Part shown: piece by piece, positions 35,388 through 44,327 of the stretch
Layout of the letters: every line of letters starts with the position of its first letter
Numbering within the stretch: the first letter of the stretch is position 1
Virus record (IMG/VR): IMGVR_UViG_2799112719_000001
Origin: a virus
DNA length: 64,000 nucleotides
Strand: one strand, 5' to 3'
Notes under the pieces: model-generated
What the model saw: the letters and a program-made list of their open reading frames with translations, nothing else
Told to the model about the DNA's origin: nothing
The model's database searches: none
Program-made: the position numbers and the translations under genes

Positions 35388-36905
35388 ATGAATCTGTTTA
35401 CAAGTAACCCCGACTTTTATCCCACACCTAAAGAAGTGATTGCCCAGATGATGATGGGTGAGGATTTTATTGGTAAGACTATCCTGGAGCCGTCTGCTGG
35501 TTCTGGTAATATCGTTGACTGGCTGAAGCAGAACGGTGCCGGTCAAGTTATTGCCTGCGAGAATGACCCGCATTTGCTGAAGCTGTTACGTGGCAAATGT
35601 GACATCGTGGCCGAGGACTTTTTGACTGTCACCTCTGAGCAGGTTTCGCATGTTGACTATATCGTAATGAACCCGCCATTTAGTGAGGGTGCCAAGCACA
35701 TCCTTCATGCTTTCGACATTGCCCCCGCTGGTTGTACTATTGTGGCCCTTTGCAACAGTAGCAACTTTGAAAGTTGCTATCGTGATAAAACTAAGGCTCA
35801 ACTTAAAGAGACTGTTGAGTTGTATGGCCAGCGTGAGTTTTTGGGGAATATTTTCAAGAATGCAGAACGATGCACAGAGGTACATGTAGAACTGGTTAAG
35901 CTCTATAAAGAAGGTGAGGGTGAGAATGAGTTTGACGGTTACTTCTTTGAGCAGTTTGACAGTGACGTGGCCGGAGGTTCTGAAGAGGGATTGATGCAAT
36001 ATAACTTCGTGCGCGACATCGTGAACCGCTATACTTCTGCCGTGCGAATGTTTGACCAAGTGATGCAGCTGTCAAAGGATATAAATGAGGTTGCCGATTT
36101 CTACGACTTTAAGACCATTCAGGACCCCAAGACTGGTGAGTTGCGTCAGGAGAAAGTAACCTATGGTGGTTTACCTATAACCTTTGGTGCCCAGACTAAG
36201 AGCGAACATCCTACGGCTGTCAGTCATCAGCGTTATAAGCGTGAACTTCAGAAGCACTACTGGCATATCATTTTCCAGAAACTCAACATGGATAAGTATG
36301 CTACCAAGGATTTGCGCGAGCAGATCAATAAGTTTATAGAGTCGCAGAAGTGTGTTCCGTTTACTATGAAGAATATTTATAAGGTAGTGGATATGGTTAT
36401 CCAGACCAATGGGCAAAGGATGCTGAAAGCTCTGGAGGAAGCCTTTGATGTTATTTGCAGCCTGAGTGCAGAAAACTCTACCGCTGGCGAGAAATGGAAG
36501 ACTAATGCCAACTATATGGTGAATCGTCGTTTTATAGTTGACTATATCACTGAGGGCTATTTCTATGGTCGTACCAATTACACTGTTGACTTCCCTTGTG
36601 GTGGTCGTACTGAGATAATGGAGGATGTCTGTAAGGCTCTGTGTTATCTGACAGGTCGTAATTACGATGAGATAGGCCGTCTCTCTTCTGTTGGTCGTGG
36701 TAAGGAGTGGGGCAAATGGTTTGAGTGGGGTTTCTTCCGCTGTCGTGGGTATAAGAAGGGAACCATGCACTTTGAGTTTCTGGATGAAGATGTATGGGGA
36801 AAGTTTAATTATGAGGTGGCCGTCCTGAAGTCAAAAACTAAAGGCTGGGATTTGCCGAAAGTTACACCAAAGAAGTCAAAGATGAAGAGGGCTGCATCTG
36901 CATAA
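35388..36905 (+). CDS. N6-adenine DNA methyltransferase (gamma-like motif order) with a roughly 300-aa C-terminal extension
   Basis: ATG at 35388. Motif I ILEPSAGSGN, motif IV VMNPPFS, and FYPTP near the N-terminus. Confidence 0.75.
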   Translation: MNLFTSNPDFYPTPKEVIAQMMMGEDFIGKTILEPSAGSGNIVDWLKQNGAGQVIACENDPHLLKLLRGKCDIVAEDFLTVTSEQVSHVDYIVMNPPFSEGAKHILHAFDIAPAGCTIVALCNSSNFESCYRDKTKAQLKETVELYGQREFLGNIFKNAERCTEVHVELVKLYKEGEGENEFDGYFFEQFDSDVAGGSEEGLMQYNFVRDIVNRYTSAVRMFDQVMQLSKDINEVADFYDFKTIQDPKTGELRQEKVTYGGLPITFGAQTKSEHPTAVSHQRYKRELQKHYWHIIFQKLNMDKYATKDLREQINKFIESQKCVPFTMKNIYKVVDMVIQTNGQRMLKALEEAFDVICSLSAENSTAGEKWKTNANYMVNRRFIVDYITEGYFYGRTNYTVDFPCGGRTEIMEDVCKALCYLTGRNYDEIGRLSSVGRGKEWGKWFEWGFFRCRGYKKGTMHFEFLDEDVWGKFNYEVAVLKSKTKGWDLPKVTPKKSKMKRAASA

Positions 36906-36912
36906 ATTTAGA

Positions 36913-36954
36913 GTGACCGAAAATCGTGCCTATGGCCTCCTACCACAGCGGCAC
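36913..36954 (+). repeat. Conserved roughly 41-nt post-gene element, copy b
   Basis: GTGACCGAAAATCGTGCCTATGGCCTCCTACCACAGCGGCAC, followed by the hairpin CCCCATCAG..CTGGTGGGG plus a T-run. Confidence 0.65.
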
Positions 36955-37035
36955 TCTCCTACCCCATCAGTCTTCTGGCTGGTGGGGTGTTTTACACCTC
37001 TTTACACCTGCAAATTACACCTCTTTACACCTAAA

Positions 37036-37176
37036 AAAATGTGGCAAAAACAAACTTTTTTCGCTTTTTCTTGAAAAAAGTTCAAAAAATATTTGGTAGT
37101 TTCAAATATTCTTTGTAATTTTGCAGCAGAAATCAGTAATAACCGCGTCACCGAGACGCACAAAACAAGTTTAGAT
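37036..37176 (+). promoter_or_regulatory. Early promoter/leader copy 2
   Basis: AAAAACAAACTTTTTTCGCTTTTTCTTGAAAAAA at 37046-37079, a -7 box TAATTTTG at 37116-37123, leader hairpin GCGTC-ACCGA-GACGC at 37145-37159, then ACAAAACA. Confidence 0.65.
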
Positions 37177-37512
37177 ATGGCAAAAAGCAAAATTCAAGTC
37201 CGTTTGACTACTAAGCAGGATCAAGGCATTGACTACACTCATGTTAGTTGTGCCAAAGGTATCTTAGGTGGTATCTATTTCCTGGAAGACGATGACTACC
37301 ATTTCCGTTACTCTATCCAGATGACTAACGGCTGGTGGTATGATAAGACTTTTGAGACAGAACTGGAGGCCGTTCGCTATCTGGTTCAGAACTCTTTCCT
37401 GATGAATTGGAACTATGACGTTATCAGCATTAAGCTGGGCTTTTATAGCAACTCTGAACGTGGTGCTATCACTTTCCGCGACAATATCCAGAATATTAAC
37501 TTAGCAGCATAA
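37177..37512 (+). CDS. Hypothetical protein (111 aa)
   Basis: ATG at 37177 (MAKSKIQV). The track start at 37093 lies inside the promoter. Confidence 0.6.
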   Translation: MAKSKIQVRLTTKQDQGIDYTHVSCAKGILGGIYFLEDDDYHFRYSIQMTNGWWYDKTFETELEAVRYLVQNSFLMNWNYDVISIKLGFYSNSERGAITFRDNIQNINLAA

Positions 37513-37517
37513 CAACT

Positions 37518-37910
37518 ATGGTTACGAAGAAAATACAGAAGGAAGTCATCGAGTATATTGCCGAGACTTTTAATCAGGAGCCTTACGAGTGGCTGACAGA
37601 TAATCGCTTTGTGGATCATCATGGCTGCGATGGCTATATCTTTAAGTCAGAATTGGCCGCACGTCGTTACATCCTGAGTGACATCCACGAATATGGTAGC
37701 GAGTGCGAGGGTGCTATGGGCGATGAAGATTGGATTTGTCTGCTGGTTGGTACTGGCATGAGAGAGTGTGATGCACGTCGAATTGTGGAGTCTGGTCAGT
37801 GGGAGAAAGTTGCCCGTAAAATGCTGGATAGTTGTGGTCCGTCTCACTTCCTGAGCACATATAGTGGCCAGGTGGCTACGATGAGCGATAGCAGCTTACT
37901 TTATTATTAA
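37518..37910 (+). CDS. Hypothetical protein (130 aa)
   Basis: 5-nt gap to the upstream gene. Confidence 0.6.
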   Translation: MVTKKIQKEVIEYIAETFNQEPYEWLTDNRFVDHHGCDGYIFKSELAARRYILSDIHEYGSECEGAMGDEDWICLLVGTGMRECDARRIVESGQWEKVARKMLDSCGPSHFLSTYSGQVATMSDSSLLYY

Positions 37911-37937
37911 TTCATTAACTCATTAATTCATCAAGTT

Positions 37938-38252
37938 ATGACTAAGGTAGTTTTCCGTAAGTTCAAGGATGGCGAAGTTATTGCCGTGTTCCCAGAGGTT
38001 TCATATAACTATGTACATATCATGTCGTATCAGCATGTCGGACAGCATGGCGACTGTGTGCCCTGGATATCCTCTTTCACTAAGCCGGCCACCCCAGATG
38101 AGTATGCCGACCTGTTGGCAGAATTGAAATCTATTGGCTACGATGATTTGCAGATCTGCAAGCGTATTAATCAGAATGCCTGCCGCCGTTCTTTCTGTCA
38201 GTATGGCCAAAAGGAGGCTCCAGCTGCTATCACGTCAGCATTCCGTTCATAA
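37938..38252 (+). CDS. Hypothetical protein (104 aa)
   Basis: Preceded by the TTCATTAACTCATTAATTCATCAAG element. Confidence 0.6.
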   Translation: MTKVVFRKFKDGEVIAVFPEVSYNYVHIMSYQHVGQHGDCVPWISSFTKPATPDEYADLLAELKSIGYDDLQICKRINQNACRRSFCQYGQKEAPAAITSAFRS

Positions 38253-38281
38253 ATTCATTAATTCATAAATTCATTACGACT

Positions 38282-39091
38282 ATGGCAAAGAAAACGAATA
38301 ATAAGGAGAGTGTGGTTGACTACCTGAAGAGTGGTGAGCGCACAGTGGATGAAGCATGGAGCAAGGAGAGTGAGCCGTTTGTGAAGATTCGCACAGCGAC
38401 CGGCCTCTATACGTTCTATGAGTGGAGCGACCCAGTGAAGAATATGGACGCTTACAAAGAGATAGAAAACTATCGTAAGCGCGAAGAGCGCAGATTGGCT
38501 AACAAGATGAACTATGGCGATGAGCGTGGACGTAGTGCCGTGTTCTGTGACAACCGAACGGCTCTTGACCTGGCTCTGCTGAAAGACCGCCCAGACTATC
38601 TGCGTGTGGCCTATCGTGCCTACCTGATGACGCAGAAGGCTAAGAAGGAGGTTCGCCAGTATGTGTATCATAACCTGATAGTACGTGCCAACATGTTTCA
38701 TAAGGATGCCGAGAAGTTTCTGCTGAAGGAGATAGACCCCTATACGTTCGAGGTGCTGCCACCGGCATGGCGCAAGTGCATGAACGACCCGTGCCCAGAA
38801 CTGGAGGGTGTGACGCTGACAGACATCATGGAAGAGCTGACACCGGCATGGCGCAAAGGTCAGCGCATGGCCCGCCAGATGCGTGGTGGACGCTTCGTGC
38901 TCTGTGAGGTGGTGGGCTACGAAATCAACTATAAGTATGGCTATCGCTCGACGCTCAACGAGTGCAATCCATACGCCCTGGAGTATCGCGTGAAGACTGT
39001 TGGCGACGATGGCGAATATTCGCCAGTGTATAGCGTGAAGCGCGACAACGCCTATCCTGCTTTTCATGCTGAGAAAGACAATAAAAAGTAA
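38282..39091 (+). CDS. Hypothetical protein (269 aa)
   Basis: Preceded by the TTCAT element. Internal PAWRK duplication. The mirror ORF on the minus strand was rejected. Confidence 0.6.
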   Translation: MAKKTNNKESVVDYLKSGERTVDEAWSKESEPFVKIRTATGLYTFYEWSDPVKNMDAYKEIENYRKREERRLANKMNYGDERGRSAVFCDNRTALDLALLKDRPDYLRVAYRAYLMTQKAKKEVRQYVYHNLIVRANMFHKDAEKFLLKEIDPYTFEVLPPAWRKCMNDPCPELEGVTLTDIMEELTPAWRKGQRMARQMRGGRFVLCEVVGYEINYKYGYRSTLNECNPYALEYRVKTVGDDGEYSPVYSVKRDNAYPAFHAEKDNKK

Positions 39092-39107
39092 CGTCTAACC
39101 GTTTAAT

Positions 39108-39470
39108 ATGTATCGTATGAGCAATTTCACTTTTACCGTCAGTCAGGTGCAAGGGGAGCACGGTCACAGCTTCCCTCTGCTGACTGCTAACGAATATCCC
39201 TGGATGAACGTCCAGATAGTGCCTACCCCACCCCATCAGCGCGACATCATCATGGACGCTCTGCGCAGACGTGGCGGTAGGGTGTGCATGGCCGAGGGCC
39301 GTCAGGACTTCGTGGCTATTCAGTCCGGTGGCGGTTCCAAGGAGCACCCCACCATTGAGGTGACTGCCGAGAACTACCGCGAGGTGGCCGATGCACTGCT
39401 GGCATGTCAGCAGGCTGCTGCCGACTTCTGGGCTGAGAACTCGGAGTATTTAGGGGAAATTCTCCGCTAA
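39108..39470 (+). CDS. Hypothetical protein (120 aa)
   Basis: ORF in operon orientation, ending inside a terminator hairpin. Confidence 0.55.
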   Translation: MYRMSNFTFTVSQVQGEHGHSFPLLTANEYPWMNVQIVPTPPHQRDIIMDALRRRGGRVCMAEGRQDFVAIQSGGGSKEHPTIEVTAENYREVADALLACQQAAADFWAENSEYLGEILR

Positions 39471-39478
39471 TTTCCCCT
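39452..39478 (+). terminator. 10-bp-stem hairpin overlapping the stop codon
   Basis: AGGGGAAATT (39452-39461) pairs with AATTTCCCCT (39469-39478). Confidence 0.6.
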
Positions 39479-39483
39479 AATTT

Positions 39484-39640
39484 CCCTTGTTTTATGAACA
39501 AAAACAAACTTTTTTCGCTTTTTCTTGAAAAAATATCGAAAATTATTTGGTGGTTTCAGAAATAATGCTTACCTTTGCAGCAGATAAGTTAATTATTAGT
39601 ATTCACCGAGCCAACTGAGGCTCACAAAACAAGAAAGAAT
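39484..39640 (+). promoter_or_regulatory. Early promoter/leader copy 3
   Basis: AAAAACAAACTTTTTTCGCTTTTTCTTGAAAAAA at 39499-39533, a -7 box TACCTTTG at 39570-39577, leader hairpin GAGCC-AACTGA-GGCTC at 39608-39623, then ACAAAACA. Confidence 0.65.
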
Positions 39641-39949
39641 ATGGCAAACAAAAAATCTCTTCGCAAGCGTCAGTTACAAGATCTCAGAGGTCTGGTACAT
39701 TCTAACGACTTCAAACTTCTGGTGCCAGTAGAACTGTGCTGCCTGAAGGGTGGTGGTTTCACCATTACTGCCACACACCTCTCTCCTGATGAGGACTTTG
39801 TAGATGTGTTCGTACAGAGTGGCGACTTCGACGCTATCAATGAGAATCGTGCCGGCTGCTGCATGGCCAGTGATCTGACAGCTGAGTCGTTGGCACGTCT
39901 GCATCAAGCAGCTTGGAAGGCTGCCTTTACTGGTGGCAGACTTCACTAA
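39641..39949 (+). CDS. Hypothetical protein (102 aa)
   Basis: First ORF after early promoter copy 3. Confidence 0.6.
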   Translation: MANKKSLRKRQLQDLRGLVHSNDFKLLVPVELCCLKGGGFTITATHLSPDEDFVDVFVQSGDFDAINENRAGCCMASDLTAESLARLHQAAWKAAFTGGRLH

Positions 39950-40005
39950 TTCATTATTTCATCAATTCATCAATTCACCGTTTCATTAAAAAACAGAAAA
40001 CAATT

Positions 40006-41619
40006 ATGACACAGAAAGATTACATTGCACTGGTGAACCAGGCACAGAGAAAGAGTTATGAGTATTACGTCCTGTCGGCTCCGACTATCAGCGACACAGA
40101 GTTTGACGTGTTGGTGGCTGAGATCGAGAAGGCTGAGTCTGAACATCCTGAGTGGATAGTTCCTGACTCTCCGACACAGTGCGTAGGTTCTGACCTGTCG
40201 GCCAATGGCCGCCGTCAGATCATCCATCGTACACCGATGCTGTCGTGCCAGAAGGCTAAGAACCTGGACGAACTGGCTAAGTGGGTCAGCAAGAGTGAGC
40301 AGCGTATGAATGAGCTGACTCATAGCAACCATACCGGCGGTTACAATTATGTGCTGATGTGGAAGTATGACGGCATTTCGTGCTCTATCGTTTATCAGGA
40401 TGGCGAACTGGTGAGTGCATCGACTCGTGGCGATGGTAGGGTAGGGCAGGACATCACCGAGCATGTGAAGATGATGGGTAGTGTGCCCCAGCAGCTTTCA
40501 AAGATTTATTATGGTGAGGGCTTTTCTCTCAAAGGTCGTATCGAAGTGCGTGGCGAGATCTGTTGCAGTAAGAAGAATCTGCCGTTGCTCTCTCAGAAGT
40601 ACACCGACTGCCGTACTGCCGCCAGCAGCTTGTGCAACCAGGCCGTGCCCGATGAGTACGACATGGCTATGCTCGACTTCATTCCCTGGGATGCTATAAT
40701 TGACGAACAGATCAGCTGCCAGCGTTACCTTTGTCCTACGCCGTTGGGTTATCCTTGGCATAAGCTCTCATTCCTGGAGAACCTGGGTTTCGTGCATCGT
40801 GCAGAGACTTTCTCGCCTCATGGCTACGAAGCCTGTGCTGCCTGCATTGCAGAGCGTGAGAAGGAGCGTGACGCTTATCCATGGCCTGTTGACGGTGTGG
40901 TTATACGCATTACGCATGATGACTACTTCCAGATGTTCGGTGCCACTGAGCACCATCCTCATGGCTCTATTGCCTATAAGTTTGCACCGGCTAAGACCAT
41001 TACCCGCTGCACTCGCATTGAGGTGACTGTCGGTAAGACCGGCAAGCGTACTCCCGTCGTACACTTCGAGCCTGTCACCATTATGGGCCGTACCGTCCGT
41101 AAGGCCAGCGTGGGCAGTGAGGCCACTCTCCAGCGTCTTGGTGTGGTCATGGGTAGCACCATTGAGGTAGGACTTGCTAACGATGTCCGTCCGACTGTCT
41201 ATCGCGTTATAGAGGATGCAGAAAATCAGGCTCCCGAAGTTACGGAAAATGACCCCTTAGAGGGTATCGACTTCCCTGGTGAAGAGAGTCCTGTATGTAG
41301 CAACATTGTTGCTGCCTCTGAAGAGGAACAGCCCGAAGAGCCTTGGTTGGCTCCGTCGTTTGCAGATCTCTATCCTGAGACGCAGGTACTTCACGAGGCA
41401 CCTACGCCTCCAGTAGTGGAGCCTGCTGTCGTTCCTGTCAGTGAGGATGATGGCCAGCAGTCGCCTGGTGGCTCTGTTGCTGCTCCTAACGGTAAGCATA
41501 AGATTCTGGCTGCCGTGGCCACTCTCTGCGTGGCTCTGGCCGTTGTGTGTGGTGCTGCCGTGCTCCTGGGTGCTCTGGCCTTTGCGCTGCCTGTGCTCAA
41601 TGGAACACTTCGCGCATAA
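40006..41619 (+). CDS. ligA: NAD-dependent DNA ligase (LigA), minimal form with a C-terminal hydrophobic anchor
   Basis: Domain Ia YYVLSAPTISDTEFD, adenylation motifs WKYDGIS and STRGDGRVGQDIT, EVRGEI, and OB-fold motifs DGVVIRI, AYKFAPA and VGKTGKRTPV. No Zn-finger, HhH or BRCT region. It ends with an uncharged hydrophobic run of about 35 aa. Confidence 0.85.
   Translation: MTQKDYIALVNQAQRKSYEYYVLSAPTISDTEFDVLVAEIEKAESEHPEWIVPDSPTQCVGSDLSANGRRQIIHRTPMLSCQKAKNLDELAKWVSKSEQRMNELTHSNHTGGYNYVLMWKYDGISCSIVYQDGELVSASTRGDGRVGQDITEHVKMMGSVPQQLSKIYYGEGFSLKGRIEVRGEICCSKKNLPLLSQKYTDCRTAASSLCNQAVPDEYDMAMLDFIPWDAIIDEQISCQRYLCPTPLGYPWHKLSFLENLGFVHRAETFSPHGYEACAACIAEREKERDAYPWPVDGVVIRITHDDYFQMFGATEHHPHGSIAYKFAPAKTITRCTRIEVTVGKTGKRTPVVHFEPVTIMGRTVRKASVGSEATLQRLGVVMGSTIEVGLANDVRPTVYRVIEDAENQAPEVTENDPLEGIDFPGEESPVCSNIVAASEEEQPEEPWLAPSFADLYPETQVLHEAPTPPVVEPAVVPVSEDDGQQSPGGSVAAPNGKHKILAAVATLCVALAVVCGAAVLLGALAFALPVLNGTLRA
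41239..41260 (+). repeat. Iteron-like copy inside the ligase gene
   Basis: GTTACGGAAAATGACCCCT is identical over 19 nt to 43961-43979 in the origin region. Confidence 0.7.
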
Positions 41620-41663
41620 TCATCAATTCATAGATTCATAAATTCATAAAATCATTATAGTAT

Positions 41664-42491
41664 ATGTCAGAAATCAGAGAAAATCAAGTAAGACCACTCC
41701 CTATATGGGATGGTGAACTATCACAGTACAGTCAGCACTTTATGACTGGTATGCAGTTTCATGGCCCATTCATCGTGACGGCTTCACAAGCTCGTAATGA
41801 CCTTGGCCAGTGTATCATCAGCACTCGATCGCCACACCTGGTATGTAAGATTCATGCTTTCAAAACCAAAATGGGCGAGGGTGGAAATGAGAAAGCTCGC
41901 GCACAGGAAAAGCGTGAGGAAATGGCACGGATGGCATGGCTTCAGCAACGTGCAGACGCTTTCGACAATGAGCGTGAGGCATTGCGTCAGGGCATAACCA
42001 TCCGCGACTATATCGAGCAGAAGGGTAGGGTGTATGACGAAGAGTTTGACCAGCCGCGTATCGTGGTAAAGGTGCCTGGACTCTCGGCCTATCTGGAACT
42101 GCTTGGGTGCCTCGATTCGTTGAATGAGGGTGAAATAGATGCTATCGACTGGACGGGTGAGCATGGTATATTGGCTACGCTTGACAGCATGGCACAGTGG
42201 GCACAGAATATCTGGGATCGAAAAGACCGCCGCTACCGTGCTTCATCGACACTCGACATGCAGCCGTTACCTGAATGGCAGGCTGATGCCTACGACCCAG
42301 AACTGCGTCCCTGGATGCCTAAGAAGCGTGGCCTCGGTCATACCTATATCGACCCCAGCCGTCGCCCAGAACTGTTGCACTCGAAGGCTCCGCAAGGCTC
42401 TGCCGACTATGGCATGATACGCGACTTGAAACGTGCGACTGCCGACAATGCAGCTGTTGGCATGGCTCCTGAAAACTATGGTGATGAATAA
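41664..42491 (+). CDS. Hypothetical protein (275 aa)
   Basis: Preceded by a long TTCAT element array. No motif recognised. Confidence 0.65.
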   Translation: MSEIRENQVRPLPIWDGELSQYSQHFMTGMQFHGPFIVTASQARNDLGQCIISTRSPHLVCKIHAFKTKMGEGGNEKARAQEKREEMARMAWLQQRADAFDNEREALRQGITIRDYIEQKGRVYDEEFDQPRIVVKVPGLSAYLELLGCLDSLNEGEIDAIDWTGEHGILATLDSMAQWAQNIWDRKDRRYRASSTLDMQPLPEWQADAYDPELRPWMPKKRGLGHTYIDPSRRPELLHSKAPQGSADYGMIRDLKRATADNAAVGMAPENYGDE

Positions 42492-42579
42492 TGGTCCTGT
42501 ATGTGGTTATGTTATAACGACTCTGAAAAATCACAGTTTTCATAAATTCATTAACTCATATTTTCATAAATTCATAAAA

Positions 42580-42630
42580 TAATGACGATTTTATTTTGTC
42601 AATTCAAAGTTTTATAGTACATTTGCACCA
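42580..42630 (+). promoter_or_regulatory. Promoter of the partition operon
   Basis: -7 box TACATTTG at 42618-42625, 25 nt upstream of the parA ATG. Confidence 0.5.
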
Positions 42631-42649
42631 AATTAAAATAATATAGGTT

Positions 42650-43513
42650 ATGGAAAGACTGAAAGAAGTTTTGGCTTTTGCCAACAACAAGGGTGGGGTA
42701 GCGAAGACTACCACCGTGCAGAACGTGGCTGCCGGAATGCTGAGACGTGATCCGTCGCTGCGCATCCTCTGCATTGACCTGGACCCGCAAGGGAATCTCT
42801 CATCGCTCCTGGGATGGAGGGAAAAGATGAAACAGTATCACGAGCAGAAGCACTCGACGCTGACGGTGGCCGACGCTCTGAGGGATGGCGATAACAATCA
42901 CCTGCCAGTGTATCAGAGCCGCGAGGGGCTGTTCTATGTGCCTGCATCGCCCATGCTGGCCGAGATAGATCCTGACCTGCACCGCCAGATGCAGCCGAAG
43001 CTGGTGCTGGCCTCGCTGTTTGGTAACGACATTCACTACATGGATAACCTCTACATGGAGGCAGAGCGACTGGATGGAGACTACATAGAGGACTGCTTCG
43101 ACTATGTGCTGATAGACTGTGCTCCTGCGCTGTCAGAACTGACCTACAACGCCCTGGGTGCCGCTACGGGTGTAATCATACCCGTGCAGCTGGGTTCGCT
43201 CAGTGTGGACGGCATAGGGCGCATGATGGAGGCTTACAAGGCGGTTAAGCGGAAACTAAACAACGACCTGGATATGCGGGGCCTGCTGATAGTGATGGCC
43301 GATGAGCGCACTAACCTGGCACGAGAGACCAGCGACTTCCTGCGCGACACCTACGATGCCGACATGTTCAAGACGCGCATCCGTCAGTGTGTGAAGGTGG
43401 GTGAAAGCCAGTTCCAGCATCAGGACATCTTCGACTATGCGCCTGACTGTACCGCTGCCCGCGACTACGACGATTTTATCACGGAATTGTTGAACAATGA
43501 TAATGAGGAATAA
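42650..43513 (+). CDS. parA: ParA/Soj-family partition ATPase
   Basis: Deviant Walker A FANNKGGVAKTTT, followed by IDLDPQGN and VLIDCAP motifs. Confidence 0.85.
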   Translation: MERLKEVLAFANNKGGVAKTTTVQNVAAGMLRRDPSLRILCIDLDPQGNLSSLLGWREKMKQYHEQKHSTLTVADALRDGDNNHLPVYQSREGLFYVPASPMLAEIDPDLHRQMQPKLVLASLFGNDIHYMDNLYMEAERLDGDYIEDCFDYVLIDCAPALSELTYNALGAATGVIIPVQLGSLSVDGIGRMMEAYKAVKRKLNNDLDMRGLLIVMADERTNLARETSDFLRDTYDADMFKTRIRQCVKVGESQFQHQDIFDYAPDCTAARDYDDFITELLNNDNEE

Positions 43514-43515
43514 CT

Positions 43516-43857
43516 ATGGCTACAAAATCGTATAAGAAAAAGAGTATCGTGGCTGGATCACCTGCCATTCAGGAACACGAGGCCATGATGCAGGAGGTGA
43601 TGAATGAGCAGCCTGTCAACGACACGCCAGCCGTTCCGACGGCCAGTGTGCCAACAGGTAAGGGCGTGAAGCCTACGGGTGTGTTCTCGCAGTATGCTAC
43701 TGGCATGACGAAGAATGTGCAGACGCGCATCCCCTTTGACATGTACCAGCGTTTGCTTGCCCTGAAGATGCAGAGTGAGCAGCGGGATAAGAAACTGAAA
43801 CTCTCCATCGGCGACCTGGTGCTTCAGGCCATCGACGAATATCTGCAACGGCATTGA
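43516..43857 (+). CDS. ParG-like ribbon-helix-helix centromere-binding protein (113 aa)
   Basis: 2-nt gap after parA. The C-terminal LKLSIGDLVLQAIDEYLQRH fits an RHH fold, and the N-terminus looks disordered. Confidence 0.5.
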   Translation: MATKSYKKKSIVAGSPAIQEHEAMMQEVMNEQPVNDTPAVPTASVPTGKGVKPTGVFSQYATGMTKNVQTRIPFDMYQRLLALKMQSEQRDKKLKLSIGDLVLQAIDEYLQRH

Positions 43858-43927
43858 GGTTACGTCCTCATACCCCTTACTTAAAGGCTATGCAGGAAAT
43901 CACCGATTTTGGAGAGTTACCGAATTT

Positions 43928-44294
43928 GACCCCTAAATTTACGACCCCGCACCCCTGAAGGTTACGGAAAATGACCCCTAAATGAAGCATTTTCTTTATT
44001 TATTATATAGTATTGAGAATTTTCTTTTATGGATTTAGAAAAGATATATAATTATAACGGTATGAAAATAGCCGGAAAAGCCTTTATACAAAGGGTTTCC
44101 GCTCTTTGCAGGGTGCAAATGTCCGTAACTTTCGGTGCAAATGTTCGTAACATAAGGGTAATTATCCGTAACCGTAGGGGATATTCTCTGGAACCCTTTT
44201 GTTTAGGGGTAAAACAGCGTAACCTATCGCTGAATATGGTGGAAGATTTAGGGGTAAAATCCCGTAACCTGTTTAGGGGTAAAACTTCGTAACT
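43928..44294. repeat. Iteron-type replication origin (oriV)
   Basis: Three direct 23-nt iterons TTTAGGGGTAAAAnnnCGTAAC(C/T) at 44202, 44247 and 44272. Two 19-nt repeats GGTGCAAATGT(C/T)CGTAAC at 44111 and 44134. Inverted GACCCCTAAAT half-sites at 43928 and 43973. An AT-rich stretch lies at 43985-44030. Confidence 0.75.
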
Positions 44295-44327
44295 TTGAGT
44301 CGATACTAAGTTTCAACTTATAAAGAA

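Noticed and set aside
38258-39067. 269-aa minus-strand ORF mirroring 38282..39091.
   Set aside because: The plus-strand ORF follows the TTCAT element and the operon direction. The minus-strand translation is His/Leu/Val-rich with no start context.
44029-44292. 87-aa plus-strand ORF upstream of rep.
   Set aside because: It is made almost entirely of the iterons and CGTAAC repeats of the origin, so the repeated DNA explains the open frame.
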